From positions 391 to 64,390 of the forward strand of contig JBAXRT010000001.1 in NCBI GenBank assembly GCA_037131065.1: a stretch of DNA of 64,000 bases. The letters are read 5' to 3'. The position numbers and the translations under genes are program-made. The notes beneath the pieces are model-generated. The model was not told where the DNA came from. It did no database searches and worked only from the letters and a program-made list of their open reading frames with translations. Of this stretch, positions 37,268 to 44,733 are shown in pieces (the first letter of the stretch is position 1; each line of letters opens with the position of its first letter). The stretch is from a bacterium (GTDB taxonomy: Bacteria; Bacteroidota; Bacteroidia; Bacteroidales; FEN-979).

Positions 37268-38275
37268 TTAATTCATCGAATTGATCTTCAGAGTGTCATG
37301 GAAAAAGGTTTCCCGCTGAGGCACCTTTTTCATCAGGTTCTCGTAAAGGAGTGCACCCGGATCCCTGGGGATTTTCAGGGTGTAGATCTTACCGGATTTA
37401 TTCGGCAACATATAGCTCTGGATCCAGGGGTTGAGCTCCCGAAGCACACGGTAATTGGTCTTCAGCGTAAGGGCGAGGGCTGGAAGATCCTTTACGGTAC
37501 TGTCGATGGTCACCAGTTTTGTCGATACCTGGGGATAGAAGTCCTGTTCAATAGTATAAAATCCATACCTGACGGGGTTATTATAGACCTGCTTGATGGC
37601 AATGATCCTGAACAGGTAACGTGAGGTCTCCTCATTAAGATAGAGATCGTAATAGTTTGATACTTTTTGCTTCTGAAGCGCTTTGGCGATGCCATCCGGA
37701 CCCCGGTTGTAGGCGGCGGCGACCAGCGTCCAGTTTTTATATTGCTTCCAGCCATCCTTGAAATATTCACAGGCTGCCTGTGTTGCCTTTTCCATGTTAT
37801 ATCTTTCGTCAACATCCGGGTTGATCTCCAGTCCGTAATTCTGGCCAGTGGCCTTGAGAAATTGCCAGGGCCCCTCGGCGCCTGCAGGTGAAGTAACATT
37901 CCCCAGATTGCTCTCGGCTACGGCAAGGAATTTGAAATCATCTGGAATACCGTTTTTCTTCAGGATCGGTTCGATAACAGGAAACCAGCGGTAGGCGCGC
38001 TTGAACATTTGAAGAGTGGAAGAGTGCATGAAGGTGCCTGCCATGATCTCACGCTCCATCGCCTCCCTGACATAATACAGGTTCATCGGAACCTCTTCCC
38101 CGGCAAAAGTTATCTTCACGGGAACCTCCGGTACAAATACCTTCGTGTATTTGCGGAAAAGTTTGTGGTATGCCTCATCAATCGTATTGTTATCCGGGAT
38201 CATGGCAAAAACGAAGATCACCAGTACAATGCCCATCACCACTCCGGTGGCCAGGTACCCGATTCTGTTTTTCAT
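37268..38275 (-). CDS. Membrane-anchored lytic transglycosylase (SLT domain, MltD-like)
   Basis: Start trimmed to MKNRIGYLATGVVMGIVLVIFVF. SLT catalytic region LAVAESNLGNVTSPAGAEGPWQF…YNRGP. Confidence 0.75.
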   Translation of the reverse strand: MKNRIGYLATGVVMGIVLVIFVFAMIPDNNTIDEAYHKLFRKYTKVFVPEVPVKITFAGEEVPMNLYYVREAMEREIMAGTFMHSSTLQMFKRAYRWFPVIEPILKKNGIPDDFKFLAVAESNLGNVTSPAGAEGPWQFLKATGQNYGLEINPDVDERYNMEKATQAACEYFKDGWKQYKNWTLVAAAYNRGPDGIAKALQKQKVSNYYDLYLNEETSRYLFRIIAIKQVYNNPVRYGFYTIEQDFYPQVSTKLVTIDSTVKDLPALALTLKTNYRVLRELNPWIQSYMLPNKSGKIYTLKIPRDPGALLYENLMKKVPQRETFFHDTLKINSMN

Positions 38276-38310
38276 AAGTAGTTCCTTAGTCTGATTCCAT
38301 TTCCTTAAGA

Positions 38311-38408
38311 AGTCCGCAGTCTGCAGTCTGCAGTCTGCAGCCAGCAATACCAAATCTAAAATCTAAAATCTTAAATCAATTCGTCACTCGTCAATAGTCA
38401 TTCGTCAC
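38311..38408. repeat. Heptamer tandem array, 14 phase-coherent units in three modules: AGTCCGC AGTCTGC x3 AGCCAGC | AATACCA AATCTAA x2 AATCTTA AATCAAT | TCGTCAC TCGTCAA TAGTCAT TCGTCAC
   Basis: Read directly and anchored to flanking ORF ends. It fills most of the gap between the rfbC stop (38412) and the transglycosylase start (38275). Confidence 0.95.
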
Positions 38409-38411
38409 TGG

Positions 38412-38954
38412 TTAAAACGGCGAAACAAAATCCCTGAACAGCGGCGACACTTTGTCTTTTTCCGAGATCACAGGTTCTGCAATTCCCCAGTCTATTCCGA
38501 GATCCGGATCAGACCAGAGAATACTCCCTTCCGAAGGCTTGTTATATACATTTGTGCATTTGTAGAAAAAGATCGTGTCATCCTCCAGGGTAACAAATCC
38601 GTGGGCAAATCCCGACGGGATCCAGTACATCCATTTGTTTTGTCCCGATAAAACGATCGATTCCCATTTTCCGTATGTGGAAGAGTTTTTCCTGATATCG
38701 ACTGCCACATCGAGGACGGACCCGCGCATCACGCGGACCAGCTTACCCTGATCATAGGGCGGGGCCTGGAAATGAAGTCCCCTCAACACACCCTGTTTTG
38801 ATTTAGATTCATTGTCCTGGACAAATCTCAGATCCAGGCCATGCTTCAGCAACCGGGCATGGTTGTAGGATTCAAAGAAATATCCCCGTTCATCCTCAAA
38901 CACATCAGGCTTGATGATCAGCAAGCCCTCCAGTGGCGTCTTTATTATCTCCAT
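38412..38954 (-). CDS. rfbC: dTDP-4-dehydrorhamnose 3,5-epimerase
   Basis: FEDERGYFFESY, LRGLHFQ and SGFAHGF motifs. No rfbA, rfbB or rfbD gene is nearby. Confidence 0.92.
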   Translation of the reverse strand: MEIIKTPLEGLLIIKPDVFEDERGYFFESYNHARLLKHGLDLRFVQDNESKSKQGVLRGLHFQAPPYDQGKLVRVMRGSVLDVAVDIRKNSSTYGKWESIVLSGQNKWMYWIPSGFAHGFVTLEDDTIFFYKCTNVYNKPSEGSILWSDPDLGIDWGIAEPVISEKDKVSPLFRDFVSPF

Positions 38955-38962
38955 TGTTCGAT

Positions 38963-39026
38963 AATTTGAAAATTTGAAAATTTGATGATGTGAAGATGAA
39001 TTTTCAAATCTTCAAATCTTCAAATT
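38963..39026. repeat. Octamer tandem array arranged as an inverted repeat: AATTTGAA x2 AATTTGAT GATGTGAA GATGAATT TTCAAATC x2 TTCAAATT
   Basis: Read directly. The left and right halves are near reverse complements and could form a ~20-bp imperfect hairpin. It lies between the lpd stop and the rfbC start. Confidence 0.85.
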
Positions 39027-39037
39027 CATTGAATAGT

Positions 39038-40426
39038 CTATAGGTGTATACATTCACCATACGCCTGCGCCACCGCCTCCATGATGGCTTCCGAGATGGT
39101 TGGGTGAGGATGGACAGCCTCGATGATCTCCCTTCCGGTTGTCTCCAGTTTCCTTGCGACCACCACTTCAGCAATCATTTCGGTCACATTTTCACCGATC
39201 ATATGGGCGCCAAGCCATTCGCCGTACTTTGCATCGAAGATCACTTTGATGAATCCCTCCCTGTTTCCGGCGGCAGTCGCTTTGCCCGATGCCGTAAACG
39301 GGAATTTCCCGATAAGGATCTCATGTCCGGCCTCTTTTGCAGCTTTTTCCGTCATCCCTACGGATGCGATCTCCGGATGAGTGTAAGTACATCCGGGAAT
39401 ATTTCCGTAATCAAGCGGCTCGACCTCCTTTCCTGCAATATGTTCTACACATATGATCCCTTCATGGGAAGCAACATGGGCAAGTGCCGGTCCCCTCACA
39501 ATATCACCGATTGCATAATACCCCCCTACATTCGTCCTGTAGAAATCATCGACTGCGACTTTCCCTTTTTCAACCTTGATGCCAGTCTCTTCAAGACCAA
39601 GGCCCTCAGTGTTCGGGGAGATCCCGACCGCGGAGAGAACAACATCGGCTTCAATGGTCTCCTCCCCCTTCTTGGTTTTGACCAGCACCTTGCATCCGTT
39701 TCCGGTTGTATCCACCGATTCAACAGAAACTCCTGTCATAACCTTCATTCCGGCTTTCTTGAAGGAGCGTTCGAGGGCCTTGGAGACCTCCTCATCCTCA
39801 ACCGGTACTATGTTTGGCAATACCTCGATTAGTGTAACTTTCGTTCCGATTGAATGATAGAAATAGGCAAACTCACTGCCGATGGCTCCTGATCCAACAA
39901 CCACCATGGATGCGGGTTGTTTCTCAAGGGTCATTGCTTCGCGGTATCCGATGATCTTCTTACCATCCTGCTTTATGTTGGGAAGTACCCTGGAACGGGC
40001 GCCCGATGCGAGGATGATATGGCTGGCTGTGTAACTGGTTGTCACCCCCTTTTCATCGGTCACATCGACCGCTTTGCCAGGTTTGATCGTTGCAATACCT
40101 TTGATCAGTTCGATCTTGTTTTTCTTGAACAAGAAGGTGACCCCCTTGCTCATATTATCGGCTACCTCTCGGCTTCTCCTGACCATGGCAGGAAAATCGG
40201 CTTTTGCCTCTCCTGCTGAGATGCCATATTCGGAGGCATGTTGGATATATTGAAATACCTGGGAACTTTTCAGTAAGGCTTTGGTTGGGATACAGCCCCA
40301 GTTAAGGCATATCCCCCCGATCTCCGCGCGCTCGATAACAGCGGTTTTGAAACCAAGCTGTGCGGCACGGATAGCAGCAACGTATCCCCCGGGACCGCTG
40401 CCGATAACGAGAATATCAAAATTCAT
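39038..40426 (-). CDS. lpd: Dihydrolipoyl dehydrogenase
   Basis: FAD motif GSGPGGYVAAIRAAQLG, redox disulfide CLNWGCIPTK, C-terminal HPHPTISEA. Confidence 0.95.
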   Translation of the reverse strand: MNFDILVIGSGPGGYVAAIRAAQLGFKTAVIERAEIGGICLNWGCIPTKALLKSSQVFQYIQHASEYGISAGEAKADFPAMVRRSREVADNMSKGVTFLFKKNKIELIKGIATIKPGKAVDVTDEKGVTTSYTASHIILASGARSRVLPNIKQDGKKIIGYREAMTLEKQPASMVVVGSGAIGSEFAYFYHSIGTKVTLIEVLPNIVPVEDEEVSKALERSFKKAGMKVMTGVSVESVDTTGNGCKVLVKTKKGEETIEADVVLSAVGISPNTEGLGLEETGIKVEKGKVAVDDFYRTNVGGYYAIGDIVRGPALAHVASHEGIICVEHIAGKEVEPLDYGNIPGCTYTHPEIASVGMTEKAAKEAGHEILIGKFPFTASGKATAAGNREGFIKVIFDAKYGEWLGAHMIGENVTEMIAEVVVARKLETTGREIIEAVHPHPTISEAIMEAVAQAYGECIHL

Positions 40427-40551
40427 ACGTTCGGATTTAAATAATCCGCGAAGATAGAAAAAACCTCCCTTTTGTTCAAGAAACCCGGCAATTATATTGA
40501 CGGATAAATAAACATCCTCTCCTGAAATTAGTTTTTTTGAAAGGGATGATT

Positions 40552-40559
40552 TATTTTTG
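40552..40559 (+). promoter_or_regulatory. Candidate -7 box TATTTTTG upstream of the PLP-enzyme/thrC pair
   Basis: TAnnTTTG match, 58 nt upstream of the ATG at 40618. Confidence 0.4.
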
Positions 40560-40617
40560 TTTGACCTTCATGAAACGAAAATAGTCCAGAAAAATATCAT
40601 TTAAACCCAACGATTTT

Positions 40618-41802
40618 ATGTCAGCACTTGAATTCAACACCAAAGCCATCCATGCCGGTGATGCTCATTTTTCACCTGCCGCAATGTCAGTACCGATTTA
40701 CCAGTCCTGCGCCTATCCTTATTTTGATGCAAAGGAGGCAGCGGAAATATTCAGGGGTGAAAAGCCCGGATTTACCTATGGAAGATGGGATAACCCAACG
40801 GTGGATATGTTTGAGAAACGGATGGCAGCGCTTGAAAATACCGAAGGCGCCATTGCAGCCGCTTCTGGCATGTCAGCCATTTTTTTATTAACACACCATT
40901 TTTTGCAGCCTGGCGACGAAGTCGTCTCTTCAAACCGAGTCTATGGCGGAACATTTGGCTTGTTTGAGGTCGGATTAAAAAAAATGGGAACCAAAGTCAA
41001 CTGGGTTACAAAACCTGAAATAATCTCAGAATGGGAAGCAGCAATCACTCCCCGGACAAAATTTTTATTTGTTGAAACGCCCAGTAACCCGTCGCTTTTC
41101 ATTGCCGATATCCCTGCACTGGCAGCCCTTGCAAAATCAAAGAACCTTCCCCTGGTGGTCGACAATACCATTACCACACCAGCCCTTCAACAGCCAATCC
41201 TGCTGGGCGCTGATCTCGTGGTACACTCCACCACCAAATACATCTGCGGAAATGCCACAAGCCTTGGAGGGATCATCTGCGGCCCGAAATCGATCGTTGA
41301 AGGGATCCGTCAGAACGGGATCCGATACCTCGGACCGGCCATGGCGCCCTTCAATGCATGGCTCAACCTTAATGGACTTGAGACACTGGCTTTACGCATG
41401 GACCGCCATTGCCATAACGCCATGGTCGTTGCAAAATTCCTGGAAAAACACCCGAAGGTGAACTATGTAAACTATCCGGGACTGGAATCGAATCCCTACC
41501 ACAAGCTGATCAAGCCACAAATGAAGGGCGTCAGCTCTCTGATGTCCTTCGAATTGAAAGGAAGTTATGAAGATGCCACAAAGTTCATCGACTCCCTGGA
41601 GATCATCATTCATGCCACTCATCTAGGAACATGCAAATCGATTGTGACACACCCGGCCTCCACTACCCACTCCGCCATGGGCGAAGCGGAAATGCGCAAA
41701 GCCGGGATATCACCATCCCTAATCCGTTTTTCGATCGGTATTGAAGATGAAAAAGACCTGCTCAGCGACTTGGCACAGGCTTTTGACAAGACAGGCAAAT
41801 AA
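40618..41802 (+). CDS. Cys/Met-metabolism PLP-dependent enzyme (O-acylhomoserine sulfhydrylase / gamma-lyase family)
   Basis: Family-typical N-terminus FNTKAIHAG, PLP-lysine context DLVVHSTTKYICGN, C-terminal LIRFSIGIED. Confidence 0.8.
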   Translation: MSALEFNTKAIHAGDAHFSPAAMSVPIYQSCAYPYFDAKEAAEIFRGEKPGFTYGRWDNPTVDMFEKRMAALENTEGAIAAASGMSAIFLLTHHFLQPGDEVVSSNRVYGGTFGLFEVGLKKMGTKVNWVTKPEIISEWEAAITPRTKFLFVETPSNPSLFIADIPALAALAKSKNLPLVVDNTITTPALQQPILLGADLVVHSTTKYICGNATSLGGIICGPKSIVEGIRQNGIRYLGPAMAPFNAWLNLNGLETLALRMDRHCHNAMVVAKFLEKHPKVNYVNYPGLESNPYHKLIKPQMKGVSSLMSFELKGSYEDATKFIDSLEIIIHATHLGTCKSIVTHPASTTHSAMGEAEMRKAGISPSLIRFSIGIEDEKDLLSDLAQAFDKTGK

Positions 41803-41804
41803 AT

Positions 41805-43172
41805 ATGAAGTATCCTCTTTTATTCTACTCCACCAATGGCACCGGTGCACCTGTAACATTCCGTGAGGCCCTCCTGAAAGGTCAGGCACCCGACAAGGGA
41901 CTCTATATGCCGGAACACATACCGTTACTGGCTCCTCAGGAGATCACAGGCTTTGCGACGAAATCATATGCCGGGATCGCCTTTGAGGTAACGAGGAAAT
42001 TCCTTGAAGGCGAGATCCCTGACCCGGAACTGTTACGCATCGTTACCGAAGCTTACGATTACGATGTTCCCCTCGAGAAGGTGACCGGCCGCAAATATGT
42101 TATGCGTCTTGACCAGGGGCCTACAGCTTCGTTCAAGGATTTTGCCGCCCGATTCATGGGGCGTCTGATGCAATATTTCCTGAAAGATCAGAAGAGGAAA
42201 TTGCTTATTCTCACGGCAACATCCGGAGATACGGGGAGTGCTGTCGCCAACGCCTTCTATGGTCTGGGGAATATTGAGGTGGTCGTTCTCTTTCCTCAAT
42301 CGGAGGTGACCGACCGCCAGAGGAAGCAGATGACCACCCTTGGAAAGAATGTTCACATCCTCTCCCTCGAAGCGAAGTTCGACGACTGCCAGGCACTGGT
42401 AAAAAAGGCTTTCGCCGATCCTGATCTGGCTGGTCTGGACCTCTCCTCCGCCAACTCGATCAACATCGGGCGGCTGATCCCGCAGGCTGTTTACTATTTC
42501 TATGCCTTCGCAAAGCTTGCAGATCATGGTGAAAAGGCGATCTTTTCTGTCCCGTCAGGGAACTTTGGTGATATGATGGGTGGCGTCATTGCGATGAAGA
42601 TGGGTCTCCCGGTAAAGAGGTTCGTGATCGCCACCAACGAAAACGATGAATTTCCAGAATATGTCAGGACCGGGAACTACCGCAAGATCGAGCCCTCCCG
42701 GAATTGCATCTCCAGCGCAATGAACGTGGGGCATCCAAGTAACCTGGCCAGGCTGGTCAACCTCTACGGCGGAAGGATGGATGAAACAGGACACATTTCG
42801 TTGCAGGCAGACCTTGAGAAGATGAGAAGGGATCTCTTTCCGGTCAGTATCAGTGATGAAATAACGAAGCGAACGATCAAAGAGGCTTATGAAAATTTCG
42901 GACTTTTACTTGAACCCCACGGTGCAGTAGGATGGGCCGGGCTGGCAGCATATCTTGCGGTTCATCCTGAACAGAATGCGCCTGAGCAGGTTTGTGTTTC
43001 ACTGGAGACCGCACATCCGGCTAAGTTTCCACAGGAGATCGAGTCCATTTTATCCGTTGATCCCGACCTTCCACCAAGCTTAAGAGGAATCGAACAAAAA
43101 CCGGAAGACTATCTGAAGATCGATCCTGATTACACAACATTCAAAAATTATCTGTTATCCACCTTCAAATAA
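41805..43172 (+). CDS. thrC: Threonine synthase
   Basis: N-terminus YSTNG…VTFREALLKGQAPDKGLYMPE. PLP lysine in GPTASFKDFAARF. Starts 3 nt after the upstream gene. Confidence 0.9.
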   Translation: MKYPLLFYSTNGTGAPVTFREALLKGQAPDKGLYMPEHIPLLAPQEITGFATKSYAGIAFEVTRKFLEGEIPDPELLRIVTEAYDYDVPLEKVTGRKYVMRLDQGPTASFKDFAARFMGRLMQYFLKDQKRKLLILTATSGDTGSAVANAFYGLGNIEVVVLFPQSEVTDRQRKQMTTLGKNVHILSLEAKFDDCQALVKKAFADPDLAGLDLSSANSINIGRLIPQAVYYFYAFAKLADHGEKAIFSVPSGNFGDMMGGVIAMKMGLPVKRFVIATNENDEFPEYVRTGNYRKIEPSRNCISSAMNVGHPSNLARLVNLYGGRMDETGHISLQADLEKMRRDLFPVSISDEITKRTIKEAYENFGLLLEPHGAVGWAGLAAYLAVHPEQNAPEQVCVSLETAHPAKFPQEIESILSVDPDLPPSLRGIEQKPEDYLKIDPDYTTFKNYLLSTFK

Positions 43173-43227
43173 TCCTCATATAGTCATTATATGATCAATA
43201 ACTTAACCTCTTTTCCCTTTGACCTTT

Positions 43228-43261
43228 TTCCAATTTCCAATTACTTAATGACCTAATGACA
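43228..43261. repeat. Short tandem duplications TTCCAAT x2 and TAATGACC/TAATGACA directly upstream of thrH
   Basis: Read directly. It is similar in style to the other arrays but uses different units. Confidence 0.5.
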
Positions 43262-43266
43262 AACGT

Positions 43267-43869
43267 ATGTACATAATCTGCTCCGACCTTGAAGGTGTTT
43301 TCGTACCGGAAGTGTGGATCAATGTGGCCGAAAAGACCGGTATCCCTGAACTGCGCAGGACTACCCGCGATGAACCCGATTATAACCTGCTGATGCGCCA
43401 GCGCATTAAAATCCTGGATCAGCACGGACTGAAGTTGCATGATATTCAACACGTCATTGCTCAGATAAAACCCCTGCCGGGCGCTTTGGAGTTTATTGGT
43501 TGGGTCAAGGAACTTACTCAACTGATCGTTGTCTCCGATACCTTCATCCAGTTCGCCGATCCCCTCATGAAACAGCTTGGCAGGCCTACATTGTTCTGTC
43601 ACTCCCTGATTATGGATGAGACCAACCGGATCATCGATTATAAACTCCGGCAGCCGGACCCGAAACGAAAAACGGTGGAGGCATTACAGGGATTGAAATA
43701 TGAGGTCATTGCCATGGGCGATTCATACAACGACATCAGCATGCTTAAACAGGCTGAAACAGGGATCCTTTTCCGCCCCCCTGAAAATGTTATTAAAGAC
43801 TATCCGCAGTTTCCTGTCTGCACCAATTATGAAGAACTCAGAGCATTACTGACACCAATTATCGGCTGA
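43267..43869 (+). CDS. thrH: ThrH-type HAD phosphatase (phosphoserine phosphatase / homoserine phosphotransferase)
   Basis: MYIICSDLEGVFVPEVWINVAEKTGIPELRRTTRDEPDYNLLMRQRIKILDQHGLKL closely parallels the Pseudomonas ThrH N-terminus as I recall it. GDSYND HAD motif present. Confidence 0.8.
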   Translation: MYIICSDLEGVFVPEVWINVAEKTGIPELRRTTRDEPDYNLLMRQRIKILDQHGLKLHDIQHVIAQIKPLPGALEFIGWVKELTQLIVVSDTFIQFADPLMKQLGRPTLFCHSLIMDETNRIIDYKLRQPDPKRKTVEALQGLKYEVIAMGDSYNDISMLKQAETGILFRPPENVIKDYPQFPVCTNYEELRALLTPIIG

Positions 43870-44633
43870 TGGAGATCCGTTTTGATAATAAGGTCGTTCT
43901 CGTGACCGGAGCCTCCAGGGGGATCGGTAAAGCCACCGCCATGTCGTTCGCAGTCTCAGGAGCTGCGGTCATGGTCCATTATAAATCGAACACAGAAGCC
44001 GCCGACCTTCTTTTAAAGTCACTCCGGGGTAAGGATCACCGGAAAATAGCCGCAGACCTTGCCGTACCAGTAGATGTCGAGCGACTGGTTGCTGAAACCA
44101 TTCGTGTATTCGGAAGGATCGATATCCTGGTCAACAATGCCGGGATCTTTCGTGAGATTGAAATGGCCGGGCTTGATTTTTCTTCCTTTCAGAAGTACTG
44201 GACCGAAACGTTGGATGTCAATCTCCGTGGGCCGGCATACCTCTCCTTCCTGGCCGCTAAAGAGATGATCAGGACCGGCGGTGGAAAGATCATCAACATT
44301 TCATCACGTGGCGCCTTCCGCGGCGAACCCGATGCCTGGGCCTATGGAGCAAGTAAGGCCGGATTAAACGCCCTCGGGCAGAGTATGGCAAAAGCGCTGG
44401 CCCCACAAAAGATCTATGTCTACACCCTTGCACCCGGTTATGTAAACACCGACATGGCTGCCTTTAACCTGACAGGCGAAAAGGCGCAGCAGACCGCAGC
44501 GCAGAGCCCGATGAACCGTGTGGCTCAGCCTGAAGAGATCGCCCGTGCAGTCCTGATGCTCGCAGCCGACGGTACTGAATACATGACCGGCTGCATCCTC
44601 GATATGAATGGTGCCTCTTACCTCCGAACATAG
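43869..44633 (+). CDS. Short-chain dehydrogenase/reductase (FabG-like)
   Basis: TGASRGIGKA, NNAG and YGASKAGL (YxxxK). Its start overlaps the thrH stop (TGATG). Confidence 0.85.
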   Translation: MEIRFDNKVVLVTGASRGIGKATAMSFAVSGAAVMVHYKSNTEAADLLLKSLRGKDHRKIAADLAVPVDVERLVAETIRVFGRIDILVNNAGIFREIEMAGLDFSSFQKYWTETLDVNLRGPAYLSFLAAKEMIRTGGGKIINISSRGAFRGEPDAWAYGASKAGLNALGQSMAKALAPQKIYVYTLAPGYVNTDMAAFNLTGEKAQQTAAQSPMNRVAQPEEIARAVLMLAADGTEYMTGCILDMNGASYLRT

Positions 44634-44682
44634 TTTCTGTCACTCGTCACACGTCATTCGTACTTTGTTGAGTGTCATGTTT
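44634..44682. repeat. Degenerate heptamer array, 7 units: TTTCTGT CACTCGT CACACGT CATTCGT ACTTTGT TGAGTGT CATGTTT
   Basis: Read directly. It begins immediately after the SDR stop codon. Confidence 0.7.
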
Positions 44683-44733
44683 TGGATATCATAAGCCATT
44701 TAATGATCTTTGTTCCCTCAAATCAGGTACAAT

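Noticed and set aside
38311-38408. Could the tandem arrays (here and at 23984, 9673, 28633) be degenerate CRISPR arrays?
   Set aside because: The units are 7 to 9 bp and directly abutting, with no spacers. There is no leader and there are no cas genes in the window. The periodicity and size are incompatible with CRISPR repeats.
40427-40617. Possible SAM or other riboswitch upstream of the Met/Thr-type genes, and a glycine riboswitch upstream of gcvP (49788-49855)
   Set aside because: I could not find the conserved cores (for example the SAM-I GAGGGA…GCAACC elements or tandem glycine aptamer motifs). The leaders implied by the -7 boxes are too short to hold such aptamers.
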